Source: Alphaproteobacteria bacterium (GTDB taxonomy: Bacteria; Pseudomonadota; Alphaproteobacteria; UBA828). Taken from it: a DNA stretch of 64,000 nt. Both the position numbers and the translations under genes were made by a program. Each line of letters opens with the position of its first letter. Position 1 is the first letter of the stretch. The notes below the pieces were generated by a model. The model ran no database searches, was not told where the DNA came from, and was given only the letters and a program-made list of their open reading frames with translations. Positions 53,080-61,612 of this stretch are shown here, in pieces. Where the stretch lies: the NCBI GenBank assembly GCA_965214705.1, contig CBDCCI010000001.1:480001-544000 (forward strand), given 5' to 3'.

Positions 53080-53957
53080 GCGGCACCGTGGAGTGCCGCT
53101 ATTACGGGCGAGACTTCAGCGCTGAAGAGATGGCGCTGCTGCGCGCGCTGATCGCCGGACCCCCGCCGCTCAGCCGCCATGCGTTGTCCAGGGAGTTCTG
53201 CCGGCGCATCGGCTGGCTCAAGCCCGACGGAGGCCTGAAGGACATGATGGCCCGCGTCACCATGCTGGCCATGCACAAGGATGGTCTGATCACCCTGCCG
53301 CCGCCGAGGTGGCAACCGGGTCCGCCAAAGCCGATCGTCTTCGGGCCCGACACCGAGCCGCCGCTCTTCCCCGCCCCGACGGCGCTGGACGAGGTCCGCC
53401 CGCTCAACATGCGCACCGTCGTGCGCGGAACCCGAGAGGGCAAGCTCTGGAACGAGTTCGTCGCCCGCTACCACTACCTCGGTTACAAGACCCTGGTCGG
53501 CGCCCAGATGCGCTACGCCGTCCACGACCGGAACGGCTGGCCGCTCGCCATGCTCGGCTTCTCAACCGCCGCCTGGAAGCTGGCGCCGCGCGATGCCTTC
53601 GTCGGCTGGACCCCTGAGATGCGCGAGAAGAACCTGCCGCTGGTGGTCGACAATCCCAGGTTCCTGATCCTGCCCTGGATCAAGATCCCCAACCTGGGCT
53701 CGCACATCCTCGCCATCGTCCGCCGCCGTCTGCCCATCGACTGGGCCGAGCGCTACAACACCGCGCCCGTACTCATCGAGACCTTCGTCCAGACCCCGCG
53801 CTACACCGGCGCCGTCTACAAGGCATCCGGCTGGATCCGCGTCGGAAACACCCAGGGGCGTGGGCGCTACGACCGGCACAAGCTCTACGACAAGCCCAGG
53901 AAGGACATCTGGCTCAGGCCGCTGCGAAAAGACTGGAAACGGGCCCTCAATCGCTGA
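53076..53957 (+). CDS. DUF4338 (DruA-like) protein
   Basis: RYYGR.F, YHYLGY, WKLAPRD, RFLILPW, ETFV and YKASGW...GRG motifs. GTGA overlap with the transposase. Confidence 0.85.
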   Translation: MSGTVECRYYGRDFSAEEMALLRALIAGPPPLSRHALSREFCRRIGWLKPDGGLKDMMARVTMLAMHKDGLITLPPPRWQPGPPKPIVFGPDTEPPLFPAPTALDEVRPLNMRTVVRGTREGKLWNEFVARYHYLGYKTLVGAQMRYAVHDRNGWPLAMLGFSTAAWKLAPRDAFVGWTPEMREKNLPLVVDNPRFLILPWIKIPNLGSHILAIVRRRLPIDWAERYNTAPVLIETFVQTPRYTGAVYKASGWIRVGNTQGRGRYDRHKLYDKPRKDIWLRPLRKDWKRALNR

Positions 53958-55126
53958 ACCCGGCCCCTCCACGGCATTACCGAACCATTACCGGGTCGCT
54001 ACGCGGAGCTACGCTGGAGTTGGAATTCACTCGCTTCCGCAGTGATTACGGCGGGCGGTTCCGGGGGCTGTCAGAGAGGGCTGATTCGGGAGCTAAGCTG
54101 TTGTATCGATTGAGAGAACCGAGAGTGTAGCTTTTGTCCTGCGCCCAGGCTCTCCTCTGCTTGAAGAGGCCTCAGCCCGAGGCCTCGCTGGTTCAACTTA
54201 ATCCGGCCATCAACGTACCCGACGACTCGGGTCGTGTCCATAGCTTATGAACCTCATCACACCGGCGCCCGCTTGTCCACATTGGAGTTGCGGCCAGACA
54301 GGCCACCGCCGCGACGAACCATGGAACGATCCCTAACCATCCCGGGGCCTTCGCCCCCTCTGCGCTGCAGCCTCCCTGCACATCCCTGCAGCATCCTCCG
54401 TGCCGCACGACGTGCTAGGGCCGAATTCTCGCCACATTTCGGCGGCCATTGCAAGCCCGAAATTCAACCGGCCGGACAAGAGCTTGGACATTCCGCCGCC
54501 CGCGTCCTCCGCCGCTGCCGGCGCCTCACCCAGGACACGTCGCCGCCGGCGCACCGGGTCCCTGGCGGCCGTGCCCGCAGCCGGAGCCGCGGCCGCCCGT
54601 CGTCATCGCACGCTGCGGGGCGCCAACGCATGGATGGGACGCAGGCACACAAAGGAGTCGGGGATCGGCCGCGAGCGGCGAAGCGCCGCTCATCTCTTAA
54701 TGGTCGGAGGCGTGTGCCGCGTCCCGATCGAACGCTCTGATTCGGGATTGAGCGGGTCCGGCGAAAGCCGGTTCGATCAGGCGGAATTGTGGGCCGGAGG
54801 GCCACATTTCCGTCCTCCTGCTTCCGCCTTGATGTCGGTAATTCCGGCGATTCCGGGGCCGCGACGGAGAAAACCGCTATGAGCCCGCACCACGGCGCGG
54901 CGCAATTGAAAAGGCCGAAGTACGCCAAACAGCGTGCCCTGAGGTTCGTCGTGGCTGCGCACCGGCCACCGCGCTGACACGGGATCGCTGCGGGCAGCAA
55001 TACGCGCTCTCATTCCTCACCACGCCTCTCCGCAAGACGGCCTTCTGGCATGCCGTCGGTCCCTCCACTACCATCGGCGCCGACGGTTGCAGCATGAGCA
55101 CGCGGCCGCCCGAAGAGGATGCGGCC

Positions 55127-56206
55127 ATGCGTCACGACGAGATCTACAAGTCCATCTTCTCTCGAAGGATCTCCGTCGAGCACCTGCTCCGCTTCGTCGC
55201 CGGCATGATCGACGACGGCCCCGAGTGGCTCGCGGCCTTCGACCCGCAGACCCTGGAGCCGGTGCCGACCGAGCGCATCGACGACATCCTGCACCGCCAC
55301 CTGAGCGATCTGGTCTGGCGCGTGCGCCTGCGGGACGGCGGCGAAGAGGACTGGGCCTATCTGTTCGTGCTGATCGAGTTCCAGTCTGCGGTGGACCACC
55401 TGATGGCGCTGCGGGTCAACACCTACGTCAATCTTCTGTACCGGGGCCTCTGGGCGGGTCGCCGCTTCGGCGCCTCGGACCGTCTGCCGCCTGTGCTGCC
55501 GGTGGTTCTGTACAACGGCGCCTCACCGTGGACGGCGGCGGCGAGTGTCGAGGCGCTGGTTGCGCCGGAGGGCCGGCCCCCCGGCGCCATTGCCCCCGTG
55601 CCTGTCTATGCCGGCTCCGGCTACGTGACGCTTGACGTGGGCCGGGTCGGGGGCGGAGACTTTCCGCCGGACGATGTCGTTTCCCTGGTGATCGGCATCG
55701 AGCGGATGTCGTCGCTTGAGGAAGGTTACGCGACGCTGCTTGAGGCGTTTTCGGCACTTCGGGGTTCCGAGCATCGGGACTTGCGGCGTATATTCCACGA
55801 GTGGTTCAGCCTGCTTGTCGGGCAGGGTGCCGGGGGCGCCGTGATCGAGGGGTTCGAGGAGATGGAGCGACTGGAGGAAGCGGGCGAGCTGCGGACGCCG
55901 GTCCAGGACCGGGTCCGCGCATGGCGGGAGGCCGAACGCGAGCAGGGCCGTGAGCAGGGCCGTGCCGAGGGCGTCGAGCAGGGCCGTGCCGAGGGCGTCG
56001 AGCAGGGCCGTGCCGAGGGCGTCGAGCAGGAACGAGCGCTGCTGCTGCGCCAGACCGAGCGGAAGTTCGGCGCGGACGCCGCCGGCCGTGCGGTACCCCT
56101 GCTGGCCGGGATCGGGGAGCCCGAGCGGCTGGCGGACGTCGGCGACTGGATCATCGACTGCGCGACGGGCGACGAGCTGATCGCGCGGCTGGCGGACGCG
56201 GCTTAG
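55127..56206 (+). CDS. Rpn/YhgA-like PD-(D/E)XK recombination-promoting nuclease
   Basis: HDEIYK, SDLVW, LIEFQS.VD, LPPVLPVVLYNG...W motifs; tandem EQGRAEGV repeats near the C-terminus. Confidence 0.85.
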   Translation: MRHDEIYKSIFSRRISVEHLLRFVAGMIDDGPEWLAAFDPQTLEPVPTERIDDILHRHLSDLVWRVRLRDGGEEDWAYLFVLIEFQSAVDHLMALRVNTYVNLLYRGLWAGRRFGASDRLPPVLPVVLYNGASPWTAAASVEALVAPEGRPPGAIAPVPVYAGSGYVTLDVGRVGGGDFPPDDVVSLVIGIERMSSLEEGYATLLEAFSALRGSEHRDLRRIFHEWFSLLVGQGAGGAVIEGFEEMERLEEAGELRTPVQDRVRAWREAEREQGREQGRAEGVEQGRAEGVEQGRAEGVEQERALLLRQTERKFGADAAGRAVPLLAGIGEPERLADVGDWIIDCATGDELIARLADAA

Positions 56207-56377
56207 CGCGCGCCGCCGCTGCCTCGGGTCAAGAGAGAGCCAGCGGAGCCCGCCACGATCGGCAGTCTGCGCGGCCACGGGCGAAGCCGCCGCATATGCG
56301 GTTTGATCGTCGGTCACGAGTTCAGGGACGGGCAGTCGGAGCGCCTGTCGGCGCAGAACGACGGCACTGGCCGCCGC

Positions 56378-58225
56378 TCAGTTCGTGCCCATGCCGAAGC
56401 CGAGGTCGCGAACGGCCTTGCGGAACGCCGCCTCTGCCCTCGTCTGCACCACCAGATGCTTCTTCCCCGCGCGCAGGCAGAGCTTCGCCGCGCGCTCGTC
56501 GCCGGCAATCCTGGCGGCGACGTCCTCGTCGGCGCATTCGATCAACAGCGCCGTACCGCGCGCCTTGAGCGCGCCGGCGGCGCGCTCGACGTTGCGCAGG
56601 AAGCCCTCGACCCTCTCGGGCAGAGGCTGATCGTCCCGTGCCGCAAGGAATGCGCGCAAGCCGTCGGCATCGTGTCCGCCCTCGAAGGCCGCCAGGGTCC
56701 GCTCGCGCGCCAGGCGCCACACGCCCTCCGCCTCGACCTCCGCAAACGTCTCCAGCATGAGCCTCTCGTCCGCCGACAACGCCTCGCCGGCGCACACCCG
56801 AAGGTCGGGGAAGACGGTCAGCGAGGTGCGCGCCGCCGCCGTGCCCGGCTCGTACGTATCGGCGAGCCCCAGGCAGTAGGCGCCGAGCGCATTCAGCCTG
56901 AAGTATTGCAGCCCGTCGTAGCGGCTGAGCCAGGCCAGCTCGCCGCTCCCCGACAGGTGCGTGAAATCCAGCCGTGCCTCCTCGGGGTGGATGTAGGCGA
57001 CATCGATCAGACCCAGCGTCGCGGCATACTCGAACAGCACGCACAGAAGGTAGCGGCCCTGCAGGATGTTCCAGCCGTGAAAGCCGGCATAGCCCAGGCT
57101 GTCGTGGTGCAGATCGAACAGGTAGAGCTTCCACGGATCGCGCGTGATGCCGAACTCGAACGACGACGCCTGCATGAAGCGCGAGAACTCGTCGAAGCGC
57201 ACCCAGCGGTCCAATGGACAGTGCTTCAGCGCCTCGGCGATCACCGGGCGGCGCGTCGACGCCGCGATCATCGCGCGCCGGCCCTTGCCGCGGTTCTGGC
57301 CCTTGATGGCCTCGATGCGGCTGAACTCGTCGAGCAGGTCGTTCTTGATCCAGCGTTGCCAAAGATTGCGCAGCGTCTCCGCTGCGGGCGCCCCCTGGGC
57401 GGCGTGGCCCTTCTTCGTCAGCGCCAGCTTCGAGCCCCTGAGCTCGGCCAGCTTGCCCGCCTGCACCAGCAACGGCCAGGCAAACCCCCTGACGGGGCCG
57501 ACCGCTTGTTCCCCGCGTCCCCGCTTCTCCGCGAGGTCGAAGAAGTCGCCCCCGTCCAGTTCCCCGGCAATGGCCGCCGCCGAAGCCGCCGAGGCCCGCC
57601 GCGTCTTCGCGCTCACCGCGACCTGCCCGAGATCGATCTGGCGCAGCACCGAGACCAGGTCTCTCTGTGCCGCACGCTCCAAGTCGCGCCGAACCAGCTC
57701 GACCCGCTCCAACCCCGGCGCCTCCCCCTCGGGCACGTGGCCGCGCCGCCGCCGGTCGGCCGCCTCCGGCAGCGCCTCCTCGGCGGCGAGCGCCGCCTCG
57801 GGCGGCGCGGGCACGAACCCGCGCAGACGCTCCGCCAGATCCGGCGGGACGAACGGCGTAGCGTCCGCGTAGCTGCCGCGGGAATGGAGGAAGAGGCGCA
57901 GGGGCAATGCGTCGGGAGAACCGCGCCGGCCGAAGCCCAGGGGCAGCGCGCCGTACTTGGCCTCGAACCGCGCGGCCTTGAAGCCCTCCGCGTCGTGCAG
58001 CGCCTCTGCCACCGCCAGTCGTTGAAGCTCGTCGAGATCGTCCCACAGACGGCGGAGCGAGGCCCCGCTGAGACGGCTCTCGATGGCCGCCACCATGTCG
58101 GCCTTGCGCGTGGGCTGCGGCTTCGCCGCCGAGAGCCAGTTCACCATGGTCGTGAGGTCGCTGTTGCTCAGCGCGGCAAGCGCCTTCGCCAGGGTAGGGA
58201 GCCAGTCATCGGCGATACGCACCAT
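56378..58225 (-). CDS. Helicase-associated (XPB N-terminal/Helicase_C_3-like) domain protein
   Basis: 615 aa; EYAATLGLIDVAY, LSRYDGL.YFRLN.LG.Y.LG motifs. RBS GAGGAG. Confidence 0.7.
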   Translation of the reverse strand: MVRIADDWLPTLAKALAALSNSDLTTMVNWLSAAKPQPTRKADMVAAIESRLSGASLRRLWDDLDELQRLAVAEALHDAEGFKAARFEAKYGALPLGFGRRGSPDALPLRLFLHSRGSYADATPFVPPDLAERLRGFVPAPPEAALAAEEALPEAADRRRRGHVPEGEAPGLERVELVRRDLERAAQRDLVSVLRQIDLGQVAVSAKTRRASAASAAAIAGELDGGDFFDLAEKRGRGEQAVGPVRGFAWPLLVQAGKLAELRGSKLALTKKGHAAQGAPAAETLRNLWQRWIKNDLLDEFSRIEAIKGQNRGKGRRAMIAASTRRPVIAEALKHCPLDRWVRFDEFSRFMQASSFEFGITRDPWKLYLFDLHHDSLGYAGFHGWNILQGRYLLCVLFEYAATLGLIDVAYIHPEEARLDFTHLSGSGELAWLSRYDGLQYFRLNALGAYCLGLADTYEPGTAAARTSLTVFPDLRVCAGEALSADERLMLETFAEVEAEGVWRLARERTLAAFEGGHDADGLRAFLAARDDQPLPERVEGFLRNVERAAGALKARGTALLIECADEDVAARIAGDERAAKLCLRAGKKHLVVQTRAEAAFRKAVRDLGFGMGTN

Positions 58226-58278
58226 CGGTCGCTCCTCTCGTCGATAACGATGCCGTCCCGATGCCCGGCGCGCACCCC

Positions 58279-59448
58279 TCACGGCGAGATGTCCTTTCCG
58301 ATGCTGGCCGCCACCAGGGCCGCCGCTTCCTTCACCGAGTCCCGCGCCAAGTGCGCGTAGCGGGCGGTGGTCTGGATCTTCTTGTGGCCGAGAAGCTTGC
58401 CGATCATCGTGAGGTCTTCGCCCAGCGCCAGCGCCCGCGAGGCAAAGCTGTGACGCAGGTCGTGAAGCCGGACGTCGTCGAGCCCGGCGCGCTCCCTCAC
58501 CGGGTACCAGTAGTAGGCGAGGTGCGTCAGCCGCTCGCCCGGCTCGCGGCCCGCGATCACCCAGGGGTTGCCGGCAAGCCGGGGAATGGCGGCAAGAACC
58601 CGCGCCGCAGCAGGCGACAGCGGAACCACACGGGGGCCGGTCTTGCTCTCGCGAAGCCGGACCTCGTTCCTCTCCAGCGCAACGTCCTCCCACCGAAGCC
58701 CAAGTACCTCGCCCGAGCGGCACCCGGTCAGCATCAGAAGCCGGATCGCCGCTGCCACGTGAACCGGAAGCCAGCCCTCGGCCTCAAGCTCGTCCAGAGC
58801 CTGACCCAGGCGCCCGAACTCCTCCTCGGTCAGGAAGCGTTCCGGGCGCCGCGTCCGGTAGCGCGTCACGAAGCGGCAGGGGTTGCTTCCCGCCGGAACC
58901 AGTCCCCACGCTTCCGCGCGGTTCAGCATCCGCGACAGTGCGCCCACCGCCTCGTTCGCGGCCACCGGCGTCTTGCGCAACCTGTAGTGAAGCTCGGCCA
59001 CGTGCTCGCGGCCCAGCGCCGACAGCGGCACCTTGCCTAGCGGCGGCAGGACGTGCCTGCCGATCACCAGGCGGTAACCCGCGATCGTGCTCGCCCTGCA
59101 GCGAACCTCCACGTGCTCGCGCATGTATCTTTCGGCAAGATCGGCCACCGTCGGGCCGGCATCGCCGCCGCTCGAGGCCCTGGGCTCCTCGCCCGCCTTG
59201 ATCCGGGCCAGCAGCCCGGTCCCCCGGCGCCGCGCCTCGTCCGCCGAGATCGTGCCGTGCCGGCCAACCGTGATCCGCTTCGACCCTCTGGGGCCGCGGC
59301 CCTGCACCAGATACGTCTTCGCCCCGTTGGGATAGACCCGTACACCGAAGCCCCGCAGGTCCCGGTCCCAATAGATGACGTCCTTGTCCCCGGCGCGCAG
59401 GCCGTCGACCACCCGGTTCGACAGGGACTTCCGTTCAAGTTTCGCCAT
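58279..59448 (-). CDS. Tyrosine integrase with arm-DNA-binding (DUF4102) domain
   Basis: WD..LRGFGVRV, TGCR..E, SKTG, HDLRHSFAS, LLGH and TARYAH motifs. Confidence 0.92.
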   Translation of the reverse strand: MAKLERKSLSNRVVDGLRAGDKDVIYWDRDLRGFGVRVYPNGAKTYLVQGRGPRGSKRITVGRHGTISADEARRRGTGLLARIKAGEEPRASSGGDAGPTVADLAERYMREHVEVRCRASTIAGYRLVIGRHVLPPLGKVPLSALGREHVAELHYRLRKTPVAANEAVGALSRMLNRAEAWGLVPAGSNPCRFVTRYRTRRPERFLTEEEFGRLGQALDELEAEGWLPVHVAAAIRLLMLTGCRSGEVLGLRWEDVALERNEVRLRESKTGPRVVPLSPAAARVLAAIPRLAGNPWVIAGREPGERLTHLAYYWYPVRERAGLDDVRLHDLRHSFASRALALGEDLTMIGKLLGHKKIQTTARYAHLARDSVKEAAALVAASIGKDISP

Positions 59449-59468
59449 ATCGCGGTTCCCCCCGACCC

Positions 59469-60689
59469 TTACGCCATCTGTGCTGGCGGCAATCCAGGCG
59501 CTCCGTTGAGGACAGCGGCCCCGGTGCGGACGACGTCGTCCTCGATGCTGCCCCCCACCCGCGCCGCCGCGATCTTCTCCGCGTCCCGCGAGAGGTGCGC
59601 GTAGCGCGCCGTGCTGCCGATGTCCGTGTGGCCGAGAAGGCGCCCGATCATCGGTAGAGCCAGACCGAGGGCCAAGGCTCGCGACGCAAAGCTGTGACGC
59701 AGGTCGTGGATCCGCACGTCCTCTACTTCGGCACGCTCCCGCGCCCGGTGCCAGGGGTTGGTCAGCTCCGACAAGTGGCGATCCGGCCTGCGTGCCGGAA
59801 ATACCCATGGGCTCCGACGGACCCGCTTGATCCCCGCCAGCACCTGTGACGCCTCCGGCGTCAGAGGCACCATGCGCGCCCCCGTCTTCGCATCGCGCAG
59901 GCGAAGCTCCCCGGACCTGCGGTCGACGTCGCTCCAGCGAAGCGTCAGCACCTCCCCGAGACGGCATCCGGTCAGCATGATCAGCCGCAGCGCCGCCGCA
60001 GCCCGCGCCTGCACCGGGCCCTCGGCCTCCAGCTCGCGCAGCGCGAGGCCCAGCCGGCGATACTCGTCCTCGGTTAGGAAGCGCTCTCTCCGCCCCTCCT
60101 TGTAGCGCAGAACGAACCGGCACGGGTTGCCGCCGGGCGGCGCCATTCCCCACGCCTCCGACAACGAGAACATCTTGGACAAAACCATCAGCGCCCGGTT
60201 CGCGGCACGGGGCGTCTCACGCATCCCGTAGTGCAGAGCCGCCACCTCCGCCCGGCCCACGGAGGCCACGGGCTTCGCACCCAATGCCGGCAGGATGTGG
60301 TTCCTCAGCGAGCCGGCGTAGATCCTCTGCGTGTGCGCGTTGCAGTGCACCTTGACATGACCCTCCATATAGCGCTCGGCCAGGTCGGCGACGGTGAGCG
60401 TGCGCTCGAGCGGCCTCGCCACGGGATCCTCGCCCTGCTTGATGCGGGCGATGGCGGCTGCGGCCTTCTTGCGCGCTTCCTCTGCGGTGGTCTTGCCGTG
60501 CCGGCCGAGGGAGACCCGCCTGATGCCGGCAGGCCCCCGGCTCTGGGCCAGGTATATCTTGGTGCCCGAGGGGTAGACGCGCACCCCGAAACCGGGGAGT
60601 TCCCGGTCCCAGAAGACGGCCTCCTTGCCCTCGACGGAGAGCCCGTCGACGGTGCGCTTGGAGAGCGTGAGTTCGCCCCTCTTCGGCAT
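59469..60689 (-). CDS. Second, tandem tyrosine integrase with arm-DNA-binding domain
   Basis: Same motif set; paralog of 58279-59448. Confidence 0.92.
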   Translation of the reverse strand: MPKRGELTLSKRTVDGLSVEGKEAVFWDRELPGFGVRVYPSGTKIYLAQSRGPAGIRRVSLGRHGKTTAEEARKKAAAAIARIKQGEDPVARPLERTLTVADLAERYMEGHVKVHCNAHTQRIYAGSLRNHILPALGAKPVASVGRAEVAALHYGMRETPRAANRALMVLSKMFSLSEAWGMAPPGGNPCRFVLRYKEGRRERFLTEDEYRRLGLALRELEAEGPVQARAAAALRLIMLTGCRLGEVLTLRWSDVDRRSGELRLRDAKTGARMVPLTPEASQVLAGIKRVRRSPWVFPARRPDRHLSELTNPWHRARERAEVEDVRIHDLRHSFASRALALGLALPMIGRLLGHTDIGSTARYAHLSRDAEKIAAARVGGSIEDDVVRTGAAVLNGAPGLPPAQMA

Positions 60690-60730
60690 CGAGGTAAGCC
60701 TTCGGTTGTCTGGTGATGGGTGCGATGGAT

Positions 60731-61612
60731 TCAACGATTGAGCGTTCGTCTCCAGTCACGTCTGAGGGGCCTGAGCCAGATGTCCTTCCTGGGCTTGGCC
60801 CGCTCCATATGTGTGTCGTAGCGCCCGCGCCCCTGGGTGATGCCGACATGGATCCAGCCCGAGGCCTTGTAGACGGCGCCGGTGTAGCGCGGGGTCTCGA
60901 CGAAGGTCTCGATCAGCACGGGCGTGGTGTTGTAGCGCTCGGTCCAATCCTCAGGCAGGCGGCGGCGGACGATGGCAAGGATGTGCGAGCCGAGGTTGGG
61001 GACTTCGATCCAGGGCAGGATGAGGAAGCGCGGGTTGTCGACCACCAGGGGGAGGTTCTTCTCGCGCAACTCGGGCGTCCATCCGATGAATGTGTCGCGC
61101 GGGGCGAGCTTCCACGCGGCGGTGGAGAAGCCGAGCATGGCGAGCGGCCAGCCGTTTCGGTCGTGGACGGCGTAGCGCATCTGGGCGCCGACCAGGGTCT
61201 TGTAGCCGAGGTAGTGGTAGCGGGCGACGAACTCGTTCCAGAGCCTGCCCTCGCGGGTATTGCGCACGACGATGCGGAAGTCGAGCGGTCGGACCTCGTC
61301 CAGGCTCGTCGGGGCCGGGAACAGCGGCGGCTCGGTGTCCGGTCCGAAGACGATGGGCTTCGGCCCGCCGGTGCGCCGCTTCGGCGGCGGCAGGACGATC
61401 ACGCCGTCGCGGTGCATGGCGAGCATGGCGACCTTCGCCATCATGTCCTTGAGCCCGCCGTCGGGCTTGTACCAGCCGATGCGCCGGCAGAACTCGCGTG
61501 CCAGGGCGGCACGGGACGTCTGTGGATCGGCGGCGATCAGGGCGCGCAGCAGCGCCATCTCTTCAACGGTGAAGTCGCGGCCGTAGTAGCGGCACTCGAT
61601 CCGGCCGGTCAT
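60731..61612 (-). CDS. DUF4338 (DruA-like) protein
   Basis: Close paralog of 53076-53957, same length. ATGA overlap with the transposase. Confidence 0.85.
   Translation of the reverse strand: MTGRIECRYYGRDFTVEEMALLRALIAADPQTSRAALAREFCRRIGWYKPDGGLKDMMAKVAMLAMHRDGVIVLPPPKRRTGGPKPIVFGPDTEPPLFPAPTSLDEVRPLDFRIVVRNTREGRLWNEFVARYHYLGYKTLVGAQMRYAVHDRNGWPLAMLGFSTAAWKLAPRDTFIGWTPELREKNLPLVVDNPRFLILPWIEVPNLGSHILAIVRRRLPEDWTERYNTTPVLIETFVETPRYTGAVYKASGWIHVGITQGRGRYDTHMERAKPRKDIWLRPLRRDWRRTLNR

Larger units (their letters stand above)
50538..53991 (+). mobile_element. IS66-like transposase + DUF4338 element bounded by two right ends (220-bp TIRs)
   Basis: 8-bp TSD CGGGTCGC (50530-50537, 53992-53999). 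50538-50757 is the inverse of 53772-53991. Internal left-end-like GTAACGGTT at 50808. Confidence 0.85.

Noticed and set aside
53076-53957. Complete Druantia defence system
   Set aside because: No DruE helicase or other dru genes; DUF4338 lies inside IS ends.
54120-54300. tRNA or tmRNA fragment as an att core
   Set aside because: No convincing T-arm or CCA end or tag-peptide reading could be seen by eye.
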